From: Candidatus Parcubacteria bacterium
GTDB lineage: Bacteria; Patescibacteriota; Minisyncoccia; UBA6257; HR35
Assembly (NCBI GenBank): GCA_026004535.1
Contig: BPJI01000002.1
Span: 688-64,687 of the forward strand
Direction: 5' to 3'
DNA length: 64,000 bases
Shown here: piece by piece, positions 18,801 to 29,091 of the stretch
Position numbering within the stretch: position 1 is the stretch's first letter
Layout of the letters: each line of letters begins with the position of its first letter
Translations under genes and position numbers: made by a program
Notes under the pieces: model-generated
The model's database searches: none
Told to the model about the DNA's origin: nothing
What the model saw: the letters and a program-made list of their open reading frames with translations, nothing else

Positions 18801-21800
18801 AGGAAAGAAAGTTAAAAACGATGTAAGATATTTATTTGACGCAATAGAAAAAGATAATAATGTTTTTAAGAATATAGCATATCAAATAAATTTAAACTTT
18901 GTGGTTGACGATTACGAAAAACTATTAAATAAATATAAAGATATAATTTTAGAAAAATATATTGAGTATTCAAAAGATAAACAATTACCAAATGTCGATA
19001 GAGCATTTCAAATAATTGACAAAACATATTCTTCATTATTTACAACCGAAAATGAATTTTCAGGGTTTCCCAATGATAAATTATTTTGTTTAAAAGGGCA
19101 ATACTCTATTTATAAAAACTTGCAATACTTATATCAAGAATATTTAATCAATAAAGATATTGATTATAATATCCCATTTCAGCCCTATGATTATATAAAC
19201 AATACATTAAAAAACTATTTCAGGCAAAAAGGAATTAAATTTAATATGCTTGATGGTACGGGGAGGAGATATAAATTTGAACAAATACAGGGAGACAGCG
19301 AAGGGTATGGATATATTATTAAGACAGGTGAAATTTTGGCAGATAGTGATGAAAGTGAAGACGATATTGACGATATTGATGAAAACGAATCTATATTAAC
19401 AACAAAAGATATTGAAAGTGATGAAGAAATTGAAAGTTCAGAAACAGAAAGTGAAGATGAAAATGTTTATGTTGCTGTTTCAAAAGACGAGAATTACATA
19501 ATTAATTTAAGAGAAAAAATTCATTTGTTTAATAATGATAATCAATACAATTTAATAATAATAAACAGGCGTGCTTCTGAAAGCGTATCCTTACATGCAT
19601 CAGAAAAGTTTAAAGACAGAAGACCGAGAGTAATGATTATTGCAGAAGCAGAATCTAACAGTATCAATGAGATACAAAAACGTGGCCGTATAAATAGAAG
19701 AGGGCAAGTCGCAAAACCTTATTATTACTATCCTTACACAACCATACCTTACGAGAAAAGAATAATTATGATGTTAAAGAAAAAATTGATTCATTTGGAA
19801 GGCGTTACAAAAGGAAATAGAAACCTTTCCGATTTTAGTGAGGAAGAATTAAGAAAATTGCAAGATTTAGAAAATGAAGATGCAAATAAAATATTAGTAG
19901 ATATATTGCAGAAAAAATTAAGCGATTCCAGTTTGCCACTATTTGATTTGCATCTTTCAGATATGCGTGATTTGTTTGCATTGATTCAAGATAATGAAAC
20001 GGGCAGAGATGAAAGACGCTTTAATAATAGGATTGCGAGTGGAAAAGGATTGATAACTAAATTTATGCAAAATTATTATGTGTTTGATTTTGAAACGCAA
20101 GAAACAATACTAAACTCACTTATTGAATCCTATTTTAATATAATAAAAGATGTTGTAGAAGAAAAACCAATAAAAGCAAATATAGAAAGTAGGGATGTAT
20201 TTTATTATTCTAATTACAACAGATATTACGATTACAATAATGAAAATTTAAATAATACATTAATTGAAATACCGGAAATAAAATATTCTTTAACTTATAG
20301 AGAAAAAAATAATAAAATCAATTATGCAAACATTTATATTGACGCAATTAAATATTTGTCTAATGTAGATGAAGATAAAAAAATTATTAATCAATACATT
20401 GCGTTTTTAAAATATGTAACAAAAGAAAATGAAAGTGTGGTGCAAGATGAAGTATTGGCAAATGTTTTGGATGTAGATAGTTTATATGAAGATTTATATT
20501 ACTATCATGAAAAGTTAATGCAGGGGGTTAATATAAATATAAAATATGCGTTTATATTATTAAAAGCATTCAACATATTTGCTTCTTCTTTAAACAAGAA
20601 AACGTACATTAATTTATTGCGTGGCTTCTATTACAAATTATACAAGACACATATTTTAGGTTTATATGAGAAAGTAATTGAAATGTTTTCACAGTTCAAC
20701 CAAAGGCAAAATTTAATAAGCCAGATTGATTATTTTTCTAACTTGCAACTATTCAAGCAAAATGTCGAATTGTTGTTAAATATACCGGAAATAGATAAAT
20801 ATCAAGATGGCGATGAGTATTTTGAGGAACAAATTTCAAAAATTGAAGGTAAATATCACTTAATTAAAGATGAAAATGGTGAAGAATTTAAATTATATGT
20901 TCTTGAAAGTAATGAAGGAGAGTCAAATGTGCCTGTCATAATGCAATTAGATAAGAAAATTGTAGATTTAATTATATATTTATCGGATGTTAACAGGGCA
21001 TATCTATATTACAAAAAGATTGTCGCACATATTTACGAGAGCATGAATAGGGAAGGAAGTGAAATAAGCAAAAATATATCTGATAAATTGAAAAAGGATA
21101 TATTGGATATTATAGTGAATAATAAACATGATTATTACAATAACAATATTGACATACATTTAAGAAAAGTAAAAAATGAAATTTATCACAATGCTCTTTG
21201 CAATGTGCTTGTTAAAAAAATGTATTTACAAGAAGCAAATAAAGTTGAAACGAAAATTTTTAAAGATGGTATATCATTGATTCAAAAAATAAATACAAAC
21301 TTGTATAAAAAATTGTATAAAGCATGGGAAAAAGTTTTCAATAAATTAGATAATGAAAATAATAATATAAATGATGTAATCAGAAAAATGTATTTTGGAA
21401 AAGATATAACTCAAGACGAATATTTAAAATTAGATAAAAAAGAAGTTGCAAAATTTGAGAAATATCAAAGTGAGGTAAAAAAATCATTGATATCGTACAC
21501 AAAATATTTGTTTGATAAAGCGGTTAAACATTATGAAGATAATTTGTTGAAAGATAAAGATGAAAATACAAATGTAAATTTTCACTTATATCAAAAGATA
21601 GATTTAAAAGAGTTGGTTGATTATGTAATTGACTATATGTCAAATAGCGAGTATGTTTTAACTAACGAAATAGTTAATGTTGTAGAGAAAGAAGCGTATA
21701 TTGAGGAGAACTATGATAAATTTGTCAAATTGCCAAAAAATCTTAAAGATTTATACATTAAAGAAATAAGATATGGCAATATAGAAATGCTGATTGATAA

Positions 21801-22440
21801 TATAATGATGAGAAATCCTATTTACACAAGTGTGCATGAGTTTAATAATTTTAGTTTAATGTATCCGGCATTTATGTTTTTAACCACAAACTATAATGAT
21901 ATTAAATTTACTTCAATATTTAATATTATATATAATTTAAAAGGTACAACTGTGTCAGGCAATCCTTCCAATGCAGTAATGTTTATTACAAATATGAAAG
22001 AGCGTCAATTTAAATTAGTGATTGCATTTTTAGATAAAGTTGTTAGTGATAATGAAGTAACAATACTGAAGCAAGATTTTTCTAAAATTTTCTTTGATAT
22101 GCAAAATAAATTAGACATAGATAGTGTTAAAGAATATGATGTTTATTCTAAAGACAAAGAAATAGAAAAAGCTTTGGATGTGTATGAAAAAATTGAAAGC
22201 GAAAACAAAGTGCAGGTTGTAGCAAACAATATATTTTATACATTGAATGACAAGTTTATTGATGCAAACCTAAAAAGCAAAACATTTTTGATTGGTGAAG
22301 GTATATTCAGTCAACCTTTAACAGGAATAATAATTAATGCAACAAGTGAGGGCGGAATAGATGAAGAGACACCTGTGTTAAACATTAATATACCAATTAA
22401 AATTGATAACATTACGGATATAATTAATAATATAAATTAA
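15868..22440 (+). CDS. giant (2190 aa) SNF2/DExH-like superfamily-2 helicase with an insertion of about 850 aa between the two RecA lobes and a C-terminal extension of about 900 aa
   Basis: Motifs at helicase-appropriate positions: motif I GDTMGFGKT (nt 16210-16236), motif Ia FFVCSKEVLLSEI, motif II VIYDESHNIAG (nt about 17089), an SAT-like MSATF, motif V-like NRRASESVSLHA and motif VI QKRGRINRRGQ (nt about 19675). An acidic D/E/S low-complexity linker sits just before the C-terminal lobe. Confidence 0.75.
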   Translation: MQEGKLLKYSKNVLLDLSGKVKFAEDTLIPFNLSAELSEQETNLLFDILKELEKHEDINKNKSLYSLLLQYLELKLKPDKIDDIAENLTGEQLYAIALGIRNFESNNHRKGVIIGDTMGFGKTRIAAGYVQYFINRRNAPFFVCSKEVLLSEIINEYIEINKSKFYDANGKFDIKKARKFKLLLFNERKNIDVLYKKGKEYVSETIYSSDINDLKNFVEDVLNDELLRKFILLFNLFNFSGNKNLSKEIKNYNKNLAKYYTDKNKVRDSKKEEGHKYYYFKMLFSVGYILQDDINFVKNKRLFYVNNKEELVDVLDYLSDIIEDFENKYNEAKKRFFEILVNNGFIGIGTTYSQLRTDFSANDLYINVDLSNFYKKDNFKVKFKNKDNKTLKSILFNLTSIFTNVIYDESHNIAGAETIGKTTTNFLYHNFHPYLNLIAFESLLYSLDIKKYELTKPILQEKLKNDEKNRFSTLIEALNTTKFIYVSISKTFTNLLPENDNQNDDNKKEFLWFLNDALKSDYISLSNDFISNKFSAFMSATFVKNNGIIMPILSLFTDIGTFPNKMMYFMSFDTKMFNSENAIYFKQYLPKYLTKRGYYINRQFELVTPQYEPINYIINKNQKENVNDIYKRFINHFKLLKSKKYIMENIYSYFLLKNVIDVYNFKNSTEGYFIDIFRENLVNVNSILTSVNTSDYGNFKKLFIKTIIDISNFCEDISIIEKAFGKKIDDSIVNNDVLYDMLNNDNEFDYKLRCTFIIIQFGAIKYGLNNSEIKIITLIDDSIYQNTSGFNIWKRIDELIGVKEEDNFFTSNGFQIFKKYKEAKDFILETKGNDINNDNNDSISYKINFEYTIDEIFQPYTEKRYENILKFYEDNNTYFNLYAYANTDHLLAVRRLIASNIISMFTKFNFGRFNNSLVKNFITAIKTVDITHKSIEILEGNKNEKLDWIPKNNDGYKLIVSYDHTFDNYSKVILNSYEGKKVKNDVRYLFDAIEKDNNVFKNIAYQINLNFVVDDYEKLLNKYKDIILEKYIEYSKDKQLPNVDRAFQIIDKTYSSLFTTENEFSGFPNDKLFCLKGQYSIYKNLQYLYQEYLINKDIDYNIPFQPYDYINNTLKNYFRQKGIKFNMLDGTGRRYKFEQIQGDSEGYGYIIKTGEILADSDESEDDIDDIDENESILTTKDIESDEEIESSETESEDENVYVAVSKDENYIINLREKIHLFNNDNQYNLIIINRRASESVSLHASEKFKDRRPRVMIIAEAESNSINEIQKRGRINRRGQVAKPYYYYPYTTIPYEKRIIMMLKKKLIHLEGVTKGNRNLSDFSEEELRKLQDLENEDANKILVDILQKKLSDSSLPLFDLHLSDMRDLFALIQDNETGRDERRFNNRIASGKGLITKFMQNYYVFDFETQETILNSLIESYFNIIKDVVEEKPIKANIESRDVFYYSNYNRYYDYNNENLNNTLIEIPEIKYSLTYREKNNKINYANIYIDAIKYLSNVDEDKKIINQYIAFLKYVTKENESVVQDEVLANVLDVDSLYEDLYYYHEKLMQGVNINIKYAFILLKAFNIFASSLNKKTYINLLRGFYYKLYKTHILGLYEKVIEMFSQFNQRQNLISQIDYFSNLQLFKQNVELLLNIPEIDKYQDGDEYFEEQISKIEGKYHLIKDENGEEFKLYVLESNEGESNVPVIMQLDKKIVDLIIYLSDVNRAYLYYKKIVAHIYESMNREGSEISKNISDKLKKDILDIIVNNKHDYYNNNIDIHLRKVKNEIYHNALCNVLVKKMYLQEANKVETKIFKDGISLIQKINTNLYKKLYKAWEKVFNKLDNENNNINDVIRKMYFGKDITQDEYLKLDKKEVAKFEKYQSEVKKSLISYTKYLFDKAVKHYEDNLLKDKDENTNVNFHLYQKIDLKELVDYVIDYMSNSEYVLTNEIVNVVEKEAYIEENYDKFVKLPKNLKDLYIKEIRYGNIEMLIDNIMMRNPIYTSVHEFNNFSLMYPAFMFLTTNYNDIKFTSIFNIIYNLKGTTVSGNPSNAVMFITNMKERQFKLVIAFLDKVVSDNEVTILKQDFSKIFFDMQNKLDIDSVKEYDVYSKDKEIEKALDVYEKIESENKVQVVANNIFYTLNDKFIDANLKSKTFLIGEGIFSQPLTGIIINATSEGGIDEETPVLNINIPIKIDNITDIINNIN

Positions 22441-22459
22441 ACTTTAAAAACTATAAAAA

Positions 22460-25030
22460 ATGGAAAAAAAACACTTTCTGACATGTTTAGTTCCCAAACA
22501 CAGTGAAATAGAACCTGCGAATCATTGTATCTATATTGGAAAAAATAATAATAACGAACCGCAATTTTTGACTTATTCTTACAATAAAGGCATTATATTG
22601 CCGGAGAAAAAGAATGATAAAGTGATGATTGATACCGAAAGAACAGGATTGTATTTTTCAGAAAAAAATGAGATATTTTTCAAGAAAAATTCAAATATAT
22701 TAATAGAGTTTGGTAATCAAATTTATAATAATAAACACTATTTTAGTACAAGGGGAGAAACAATTGAAAATTTTATTAAGAATTATGATAATGATGATAG
22801 CATGTATTTTTGTTTTACATCATTTCAATTCAATTATATACATGAAGAAAAAAAATATGAATATTTTGATATGTTAAAAAAGATTAATAATGAAAATAGA
22901 GATTTTTTTAATTTATCAGGTATAGTTCATAATACTCATATAGAACCTGATTATAGTTATGATACAATAAATCACCTTAAAACTAAGGAAAATGAATATT
23001 TAACAGACAATGAAATAAAAGAAAATAAATTTATAAAAAACACTTTCTTTTCTTTTATTAAATACGAAAAAACGCAAGAATTTTTAAAAACATTGTTGAA
23101 AAAAGATTTTCTTTACAATAATTTGAGAGAACCAAGAGGAATAAAAGATGCTTTATTTGAATTTAATTATAAAAATATTAAAAACTTTTCAAATAATGAA
23201 AAGCAATTATTTAAAACATATTTTTATAATACAAGATATATTTATGTATATGTAAAAATCGTGCATTTCGACAATGAAAAAAATAATAGATTATATAAAG
23301 TAATTTACTTACCGCTTTCAGATGTAATTTTATTTACTTACTATTATTATTGTTATTTTAATTATGAAACGAACCTTATTAATGAAACTAAATATAATTG
23401 GAAAGATTATTTTTTGGAAAGAATTACAAATTTTTATAAAGTCATAATAAGTGATGACGATATTGTAAAACATTTTGATATTAATGTTAATTTGGAAGGT
23501 AAGTTTGATATATTGAAGGAATTAGAGTCGAAATTCATGAATAAAATTTTTGTAGATGCACGTATATTGTTTGATAATTATCATGGAGATAAAAAAATAA
23601 TAATAGATTTTGCAGATAAAATAATAAATTCTTTATACAACAATAAAGTAATGGTTGTTATTGATAAATACCTGGAGAATAAATATGTAAGTATGGTTAA
23701 TTTTGATTTGAAAAAAATAAATATAAACGAAGTTTTAAATTTCATTAAAAATAATTTAGAATACGCAGATGATTATGATGTTATTGATTTATATGTAAAA
23801 AGAGATATAAGAGTAATGGATGTAAGAGATCATATACACTATTTAGTACATGAACCATTTGAAATAAATAATTTAATTATATCTTACAATGAAATTTCAT
23901 ATTTAACAAATAACTTTAAGGACAATGAATTTGTAATAACATTTAACGGATACGTATTAAGTCATAAGAGCAGCAATATTAAATTACTATTACAAAAAAA
24001 CAAAAAACAAGATGATTTAATTGAAGATATTGCAGAAATAAAAGGCGAAGAATTGGAACAATATATTAAGTCGCAGGTATTGACAAAACCGGTAATGTAC
24101 AAAATCAATAAAGCAGAAGGTGTAAAGAAAATAAATGTTAGTAATTTAATTAGTTTAATAAGACACGATGAAAAAAATATTTACGCATTAAAAAACATCA
24201 AAAAAATCTTATATGATGATAATGGCGATATAGAATCTTTTGAAAGTAAATTATTATTGACAGATACAGTTTTTTCAGATTACTTAATTTACTGCAATTA
24301 TGAGAGTGTTACAGAGTTAATTGAAATAATTGCAAACGCACCGTATAAAGATTGGAAAAAGAAATTCTCGGATAAAATAACAAATTATGAAACTTTCTTC
24401 CTTGATAGTGCAAATTACAAAGACATAACTGCGACTATAAATGATTTGGATAAAAATTATTTATCAAGTACATTAAACGTTTACGGAGAGTATTTGAAAA
24501 GTTCAACTGATATAATAAACAATGACTTTATAAATAATTTTGTCAAAGAATTAGAAAAGAAATATCAAAATCAACTTGCAAGGGAACTTTCGTTACATAT
24601 TACATTGCCATATTTTTATGTATTAAGTTTACTAAAAGCAAACAATAAAAAATTATTTACAGTCGATAAAGAAAGTTTGGCGCTGAAAAAGATTATTAAT
24701 CATATTTTTCTAATGTCAGAAGAGTGGATAGTGTCAAAAATGACGCAAAACAATCTTAATGTCAGATTGTTAAATAGCGATACGATAAATAATGTGGCGA
24801 AAATGTATTTGTTTAGGTTGATGATTAATAATAACTATTTTGTCAACATGGACATATTCTCTATGTTTATAAATAGCAACAAATTATTAGAATTGGATAA
24901 GTACAATGATTACATTAAATCACAATTGGCCTCAACAATATCTGAAATGTATAAAGAAAATTTCATTGACATTGAAAAAGAGCAGTTATTATTAAGTAAA
25001 CTAAAAACGTTTGAGCAATTGAAGATATAA
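22460..25030 (+). CDS. hypothetical large protein (856 aa) immediately downstream of the helicase
   Basis: A long uninterrupted ORF with no recognisable motif. Confidence 0.6.
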   Translation: MEKKHFLTCLVPKHSEIEPANHCIYIGKNNNNEPQFLTYSYNKGIILPEKKNDKVMIDTERTGLYFSEKNEIFFKKNSNILIEFGNQIYNNKHYFSTRGETIENFIKNYDNDDSMYFCFTSFQFNYIHEEKKYEYFDMLKKINNENRDFFNLSGIVHNTHIEPDYSYDTINHLKTKENEYLTDNEIKENKFIKNTFFSFIKYEKTQEFLKTLLKKDFLYNNLREPRGIKDALFEFNYKNIKNFSNNEKQLFKTYFYNTRYIYVYVKIVHFDNEKNNRLYKVIYLPLSDVILFTYYYYCYFNYETNLINETKYNWKDYFLERITNFYKVIISDDDIVKHFDINVNLEGKFDILKELESKFMNKIFVDARILFDNYHGDKKIIIDFADKIINSLYNNKVMVVIDKYLENKYVSMVNFDLKKININEVLNFIKNNLEYADDYDVIDLYVKRDIRVMDVRDHIHYLVHEPFEINNLIISYNEISYLTNNFKDNEFVITFNGYVLSHKSSNIKLLLQKNKKQDDLIEDIAEIKGEELEQYIKSQVLTKPVMYKINKAEGVKKINVSNLISLIRHDEKNIYALKNIKKILYDDNGDIESFESKLLLTDTVFSDYLIYCNYESVTELIEIIANAPYKDWKKKFSDKITNYETFFLDSANYKDITATINDLDKNYLSSTLNVYGEYLKSSTDIINNDFINNFVKELEKKYQNQLARELSLHITLPYFYVLSLLKANNKKLFTVDKESLALKKIINHIFLMSEEWIVSKMTQNNLNVRLLNSDTINNVAKMYLFRLMINNNYFVNMDIFSMFINSNKLLELDKYNDYIKSQLASTISEMYKENFIDIEKEQLLLSKLKTFEQLKI

Positions 25031-25040
25031 ATAATGCAAC

Positions 25041-25271
25041 ATGAACGATGCGAATGATATAAAATTGGAAGAAATGGAAAAATCCCAGTGGGGGAGAATA
25101 TATTCTATATTTATTGTAAGTAATTCTTTAATATTGTTGTTTTTATTAGGGAATAGAAAATTGACAAATTTTGAAAGAATATATCTGATATCTGTTGGAT
25201 TGTTAACTTTTATTACTTGCTACATTGCTTATGAAAATAACAAAAAATACTACAGTTTGGAATTGATATAA
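25041..25271 (+). CDS. small 2-TM membrane protein (76 aa), paralogue of the next gene
   Basis: It has an MND start and two hydrophobic helices. The next ORF has the same layout. Confidence 0.45.
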   Translation: MNDANDIKLEEMEKSQWGRIYSIFIVSNSLILLFLLGNRKLTNFERIYLISVGLLTFITCYIAYENNKKYYSLELI

Positions 25272-25281
25272 ATTGTGAATA

Positions 25282-25524
25282 ATGAACGATTATGCAGAAA
25301 ATAGAAAGCGTGATTTGGAAGAGTTTAAAATTTCGCAAGGTATAAGGTTGTTTGACCTTTTGGTATTTTCGCCAATTTTAATTTATATCGGCATACGTGG
25401 AAAGGTAAACGATGTTTCAAGAGTGGCTTTATTAGTTCTTGCTTTGGTGAGTATCATTTATAATGCTTATTATTATGAGATAACAAATATAAATAGTGAA
25501 AAAAATAATAATTTAAAAAAATAA
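25282..25524 (+). CDS. small 2-TM membrane protein (80 aa), paralogue of the previous gene
   Basis: It has an MND start and two TM helices. Confidence 0.45.
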   Translation: MNDYAENRKRDLEEFKISQGIRLFDLLVFSPILIYIGIRGKVNDVSRVALLVLALVSIIYNAYYYEITNINSEKNNNLKK

Positions 25525-25622
25525 TTATTTAAAAAAATGATAAAATAAAAATGGATGAAAAATTATTATTTTGACATGAAACACAAATTTTTACAATAAT
25601 AAATACAATAAAAATATATTTT

Positions 25623-26576
25623 ATGAAAAATATTTATTTAGAATACGCAAAATTAATAACAGAAAATGTAAAAAGCGAAAATATTCACATCAATACATTT
25701 GTTTTAAGTTTTTTAAGCAATTCAAATAGAGACGAATTTGATGATTTTAATGTTTTAGGAGAAAAACCTCCGTCAAATCTTCTGACCGAAAAATTTTTAA
25801 ATACTATTAATTCAAGTAAATATAGAGAAGGTTTATTGCTTCTTTTTATAAAGAGATTTTATTCTGTATCAAAAGAAATATCATTTAATTGGCAAACATT
25901 ATTCCCGGAACAACCAATATTTGATTCTTTGGATACCGTAAACAAAATAGACAAAATATTGAAAGATATAAAATATAAGCTGACATTTAAAGATATTTTG
26001 CACATCTTATCGGAAGGAAAAAAAATGAGTTTTGCAGAATTTGATTATTTGATGACTAATTTAAGAATTTCTGCATTTGCTCACGAATTTGAAGAATATG
26101 GATTACTAAATTTAATTGATAAGCAATTATTGTATAAGCAGACAAAGACATATTATGACAGAATATTGGACAAAAATGTAGTTCAAGAAATTGAAGAAGT
26201 CGTTGAATTGTATGATTTTAGTTTACCTGCAGCATATAATTTCTTTTTTAAAGGCGATGCGGAATCTATTTTTACATTACAAGGTGAAGAAGGGAATGCA
26301 CGTTTTATTAAAGTTTATGATTATGCAACGGATAAAAGTGTTTATATGGAAGTTGACCCACATACAACAAATGCTATTGATGGTTTGGTTTCATTGTATA
26401 GCATACCGGTAGGTTCGGAAGATTATATTGATTATATAGGAAGGCAAGGTGATGTGATATTTATATCATTTAAAGAAACTAAAGAAGCATTAGAGTTTAT
26501 GAAAAAAGCGGTTGATTTACCAAGAAGAAAAATAACTTATGAAGAGTATAAAAAGTGGATAAAATACGAATCATAA
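25623..26576 (+). CDS. hypothetical protein (317 aa)
   Basis: A long ORF. The internal ORF at 26191-26412 is spurious. Confidence 0.55.
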   Translation: MKNIYLEYAKLITENVKSENIHINTFVLSFLSNSNRDEFDDFNVLGEKPPSNLLTEKFLNTINSSKYREGLLLLFIKRFYSVSKEISFNWQTLFPEQPIFDSLDTVNKIDKILKDIKYKLTFKDILHILSEGKKMSFAEFDYLMTNLRISAFAHEFEEYGLLNLIDKQLLYKQTKTYYDRILDKNVVQEIEEVVELYDFSLPAAYNFFFKGDAESIFTLQGEEGNARFIKVYDYATDKSVYMEVDPHTTNAIDGLVSLYSIPVGSEDYIDYIGRQGDVIFISFKETKEALEFMKKAVDLPRRKITYEEYKKWIKYES

Positions 26577-26599
26577 ACTATATTTAAATAAATTAGATT

Positions 26600-27454
26600 A
26601 TGTATCAAGATTATTTATTAAGAAAAAACAGAGACCATATTATTTATGTTGTGGCCGGAAGAAAAGGTATTGGAAAAACATATTTGTCCGAGCAATTGGT
26701 AAAAAGATATGCCCAAATACATAATAAGAAAGTTTTGATATTTGCTGCCGAAGGTAAAGATTGGTCTTTTGCAAATACAATAAGCAAGAATCAAGTAGGT
26801 AGATTTATAGGTGAAGAATATGATTTCCCGGAAATACTTGCTATAAGAGACAATGAATTTGTTGATTTGGAAGAAAAAGAGGAGGTTTTTAAGGAAGTTG
26901 TTTATAGGTTTAGAAATGGATTATTGGTAGCCGAAGACCTTAACAAGTATCTAATTGGCACAGGTTCAAAAAAAATTATTGCATCTATTGTTGCAAATAG
27001 ACAAAAAAATGCAGACATTCTTTTACATTTTCAATCATTGGCAGCAGTAACGCCAAGAATTTTTCAAAATGCCTATATTTTTAGGTTGCATAAGCAAGTA
27101 GATGATATTTCACGATATAGCAGCAGGATACCGGAATATAAATTGTTTTATATTGCAAAAGATATTGTGGATAATGCCTATAAAAGAGGTGATAAAAGAA
27201 GATATGTTTATGTTAATTTGTTTAATTACAAAATTGAAGGTCAATATAAAATTTCAGAATTTGTTGAATCGGCAATAAATTATTTGACACATAAAAAGGG
27301 CATATTATCCGAATATGAATCGAAACTTTCTGCAAGAATTATGAGTTCGGGGAAAAAATTGAAAAAAAGAATAACAAAAAGCGAAATAAAAAATTTGTCA
27401 TTGAAAGAAGCAACAAAAGATTTGTTTATGCATTCAAAATATCACATAAATTAA
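26600..27454 (+). CDS. P-loop NTPase (284 aa)
   Basis: It carries a Walker A motif, VVAGRKGIGKTYLSE, near the N-terminus and a candidate Walker B (LLVAEDLNKY). Confidence 0.55.
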   Translation: MYQDYLLRKNRDHIIYVVAGRKGIGKTYLSEQLVKRYAQIHNKKVLIFAAEGKDWSFANTISKNQVGRFIGEEYDFPEILAIRDNEFVDLEEKEEVFKEVVYRFRNGLLVAEDLNKYLIGTGSKKIIASIVANRQKNADILLHFQSLAAVTPRIFQNAYIFRLHKQVDDISRYSSRIPEYKLFYIAKDIVDNAYKRGDKRRYVYVNLFNYKIEGQYKISEFVESAINYLTHKKGILSEYESKLSARIMSSGKKLKKRITKSEIKNLSLKEATKDLFMHSKYHIN

Positions 27455-27465
27455 AGCAAACTATT

Positions 27466-28017
27466 ATGGAAGAGCAAATGGAAGAAAATTTGAAAATCAT
27501 CAATTCAATTAAGATTACAACAGAAATAGACAATATATTAAAAATAAATAATTATTTTTCTGATAATGATATAAGGATGCTGTATAAAAACTATTTTCAA
27601 TCGAGTAAAAAAATTAATTTTACGTCTTTATTGAATTTTAAGTATAGTTTATATTTAATGAATATTATATTTACTTTATGGGACATAGATAAAAAGAAGA
27701 TGGAACATCACAAAATACTTTTCAATAACAGAAAAAAAAGAGACGAATTTAAATACACATGTATTGTAGTTATGTTAAGACGTTTTATAAATATCAATAA
27801 TGTATCAAAGATATTAAATAAGAGCATGGCGTCAATATACAATTATGAAAAGGAATACTATAGTGAATTGTATATCAATCACAATGTTAAGCCAAATAAG
27901 AATATGGAATACATTAGCAAGACGGAAACTTATATTACTTTGTTAGGTAATTACGTTTATGAATTTAATAAAATCAAAGAAGATTATTTTTTTAATAATA
28001 CAAATAATGAAAATTAA
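27466..28017 (+). CDS. hypothetical protein (183 aa)
   Basis: An ORF. Confidence 0.45.
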   Translation: MEEQMEENLKIINSIKITTEIDNILKINNYFSDNDIRMLYKNYFQSSKKINFTSLLNFKYSLYLMNIIFTLWDIDKKKMEHHKILFNNRKKRDEFKYTCIVVMLRRFININNVSKILNKSMASIYNYEKEYYSELYINHNVKPNKNMEYISKTETYITLLGNYVYEFNKIKEDYFFNNTNNEN

Positions 28018-28073
28018 ATTACAAGATGCTGCAAGTAATTTTACATTAAGATAAATAGTAAAAATTAAAGCAT

Positions 28074-28436
28074 ATGAAAAAATCAAAAAATCAAGAAAAA
28101 AGTGGAAACATGTTTCAGAATTTATCCGAAGTGGATATTAAAATCCTTGAAATAATTTCAACGTTAAATGAAGAAGATATTAAGAAGTTTGTTACTATTT
28201 TAAATTTGATGATTAGTTCATTGATGAAGGAGTTGGATTTATACAGTAAATTCAATTTTTCGATTTACACATCAAAGGTTGAGGGGAAAATTACGATTTT
28301 AGTGGCATTAAGAGACAATCTTGAAAGAGAGTTATATTTGAGAAAGGCAAAAAGAGAAGGCAAAAATAAAAAGACGAGAACCATTATGGAAATGATAAAA
28401 TTGTTATTGAGTAAATTAGGTATAAAAATAGATTAG
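28074..28436 (+). CDS. hypothetical protein (120 aa)
   Basis: An ORF preceded by aaaaattaaagcatATG, the same start-proximal motif seen at 39858. Confidence 0.45.
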   Translation: MKKSKNQEKSGNMFQNLSEVDIKILEIISTLNEEDIKKFVTILNLMISSLMKELDLYSKFNFSIYTSKVEGKITILVALRDNLERELYLRKAKREGKNKKTRTIMEMIKLLLSKLGIKID

Positions 28437-28491
28437 TCAATAAAATAAATTTGAATTTAAATTATATATATTTGTGTTAAAATAAGAAACT

Positions 28492-29091
28492 ATGAATATA
28501 TCGGAAAGGATAATATACAGAGACCTTCTTAAAAAAGAAGACATCTATTATGAAGATGGGTTTGTTGAATTTAATGATAAATTAAACGAGTTAAATTATG
28601 ATGATAGGAAGGTTTTGTCATTAGGTGAAATAAGCAGCAGAAATTATGGACAAGATATAAAATGTATTTTCAAAGATATTTTATATGAATATAATAGTTT
28701 ACTTGAAAATCTAAAAAGCGAAGAGGCGTTTTATATTTTTGGGCTTTACTATAATTATGAGTTAGACAAATTTATATTTTTTAATGTGCCGAAAGAAGGA
28801 GTTGTAAATTACGAAATAGATGCTGTGAGAGAAAGAGGTTTGTCTGTATTTGTTAATATTGAATATTACAAAAATAAGATAATAAAATATATTGATAGTC
28901 ATAATGAATTAAGAAATCATTATTTGACCTTTAATGGCGAAATTGACGAAAGTGATAACCGTACCATTTTTTGCGACAATTTATTTGTCATCAAACCTGA
29001 ATTTTATTCTTATGATAATGTTTATAGGGAATTTATTAAAATAAGCGAAGGGATGATAAAAGTTCTTGACGTTAAATATTTATATGAATGA
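28492..29091 (+). CDS. hypothetical protein (199 aa)
   Basis: An ORF overlapped by 4 nt by the next gene. Confidence 0.5.
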   Translation: MNISERIIYRDLLKKEDIYYEDGFVEFNDKLNELNYDDRKVLSLGEISSRNYGQDIKCIFKDILYEYNSLLENLKSEEAFYIFGLYYNYELDKFIFFNVPKEGVVNYEIDAVRERGLSVFVNIEYYKNKIIKYIDSHNELRNHYLTFNGEIDESDNRTIFCDNLFVIKPEFYSYDNVYREFIKISEGMIKVLDVKYLYE

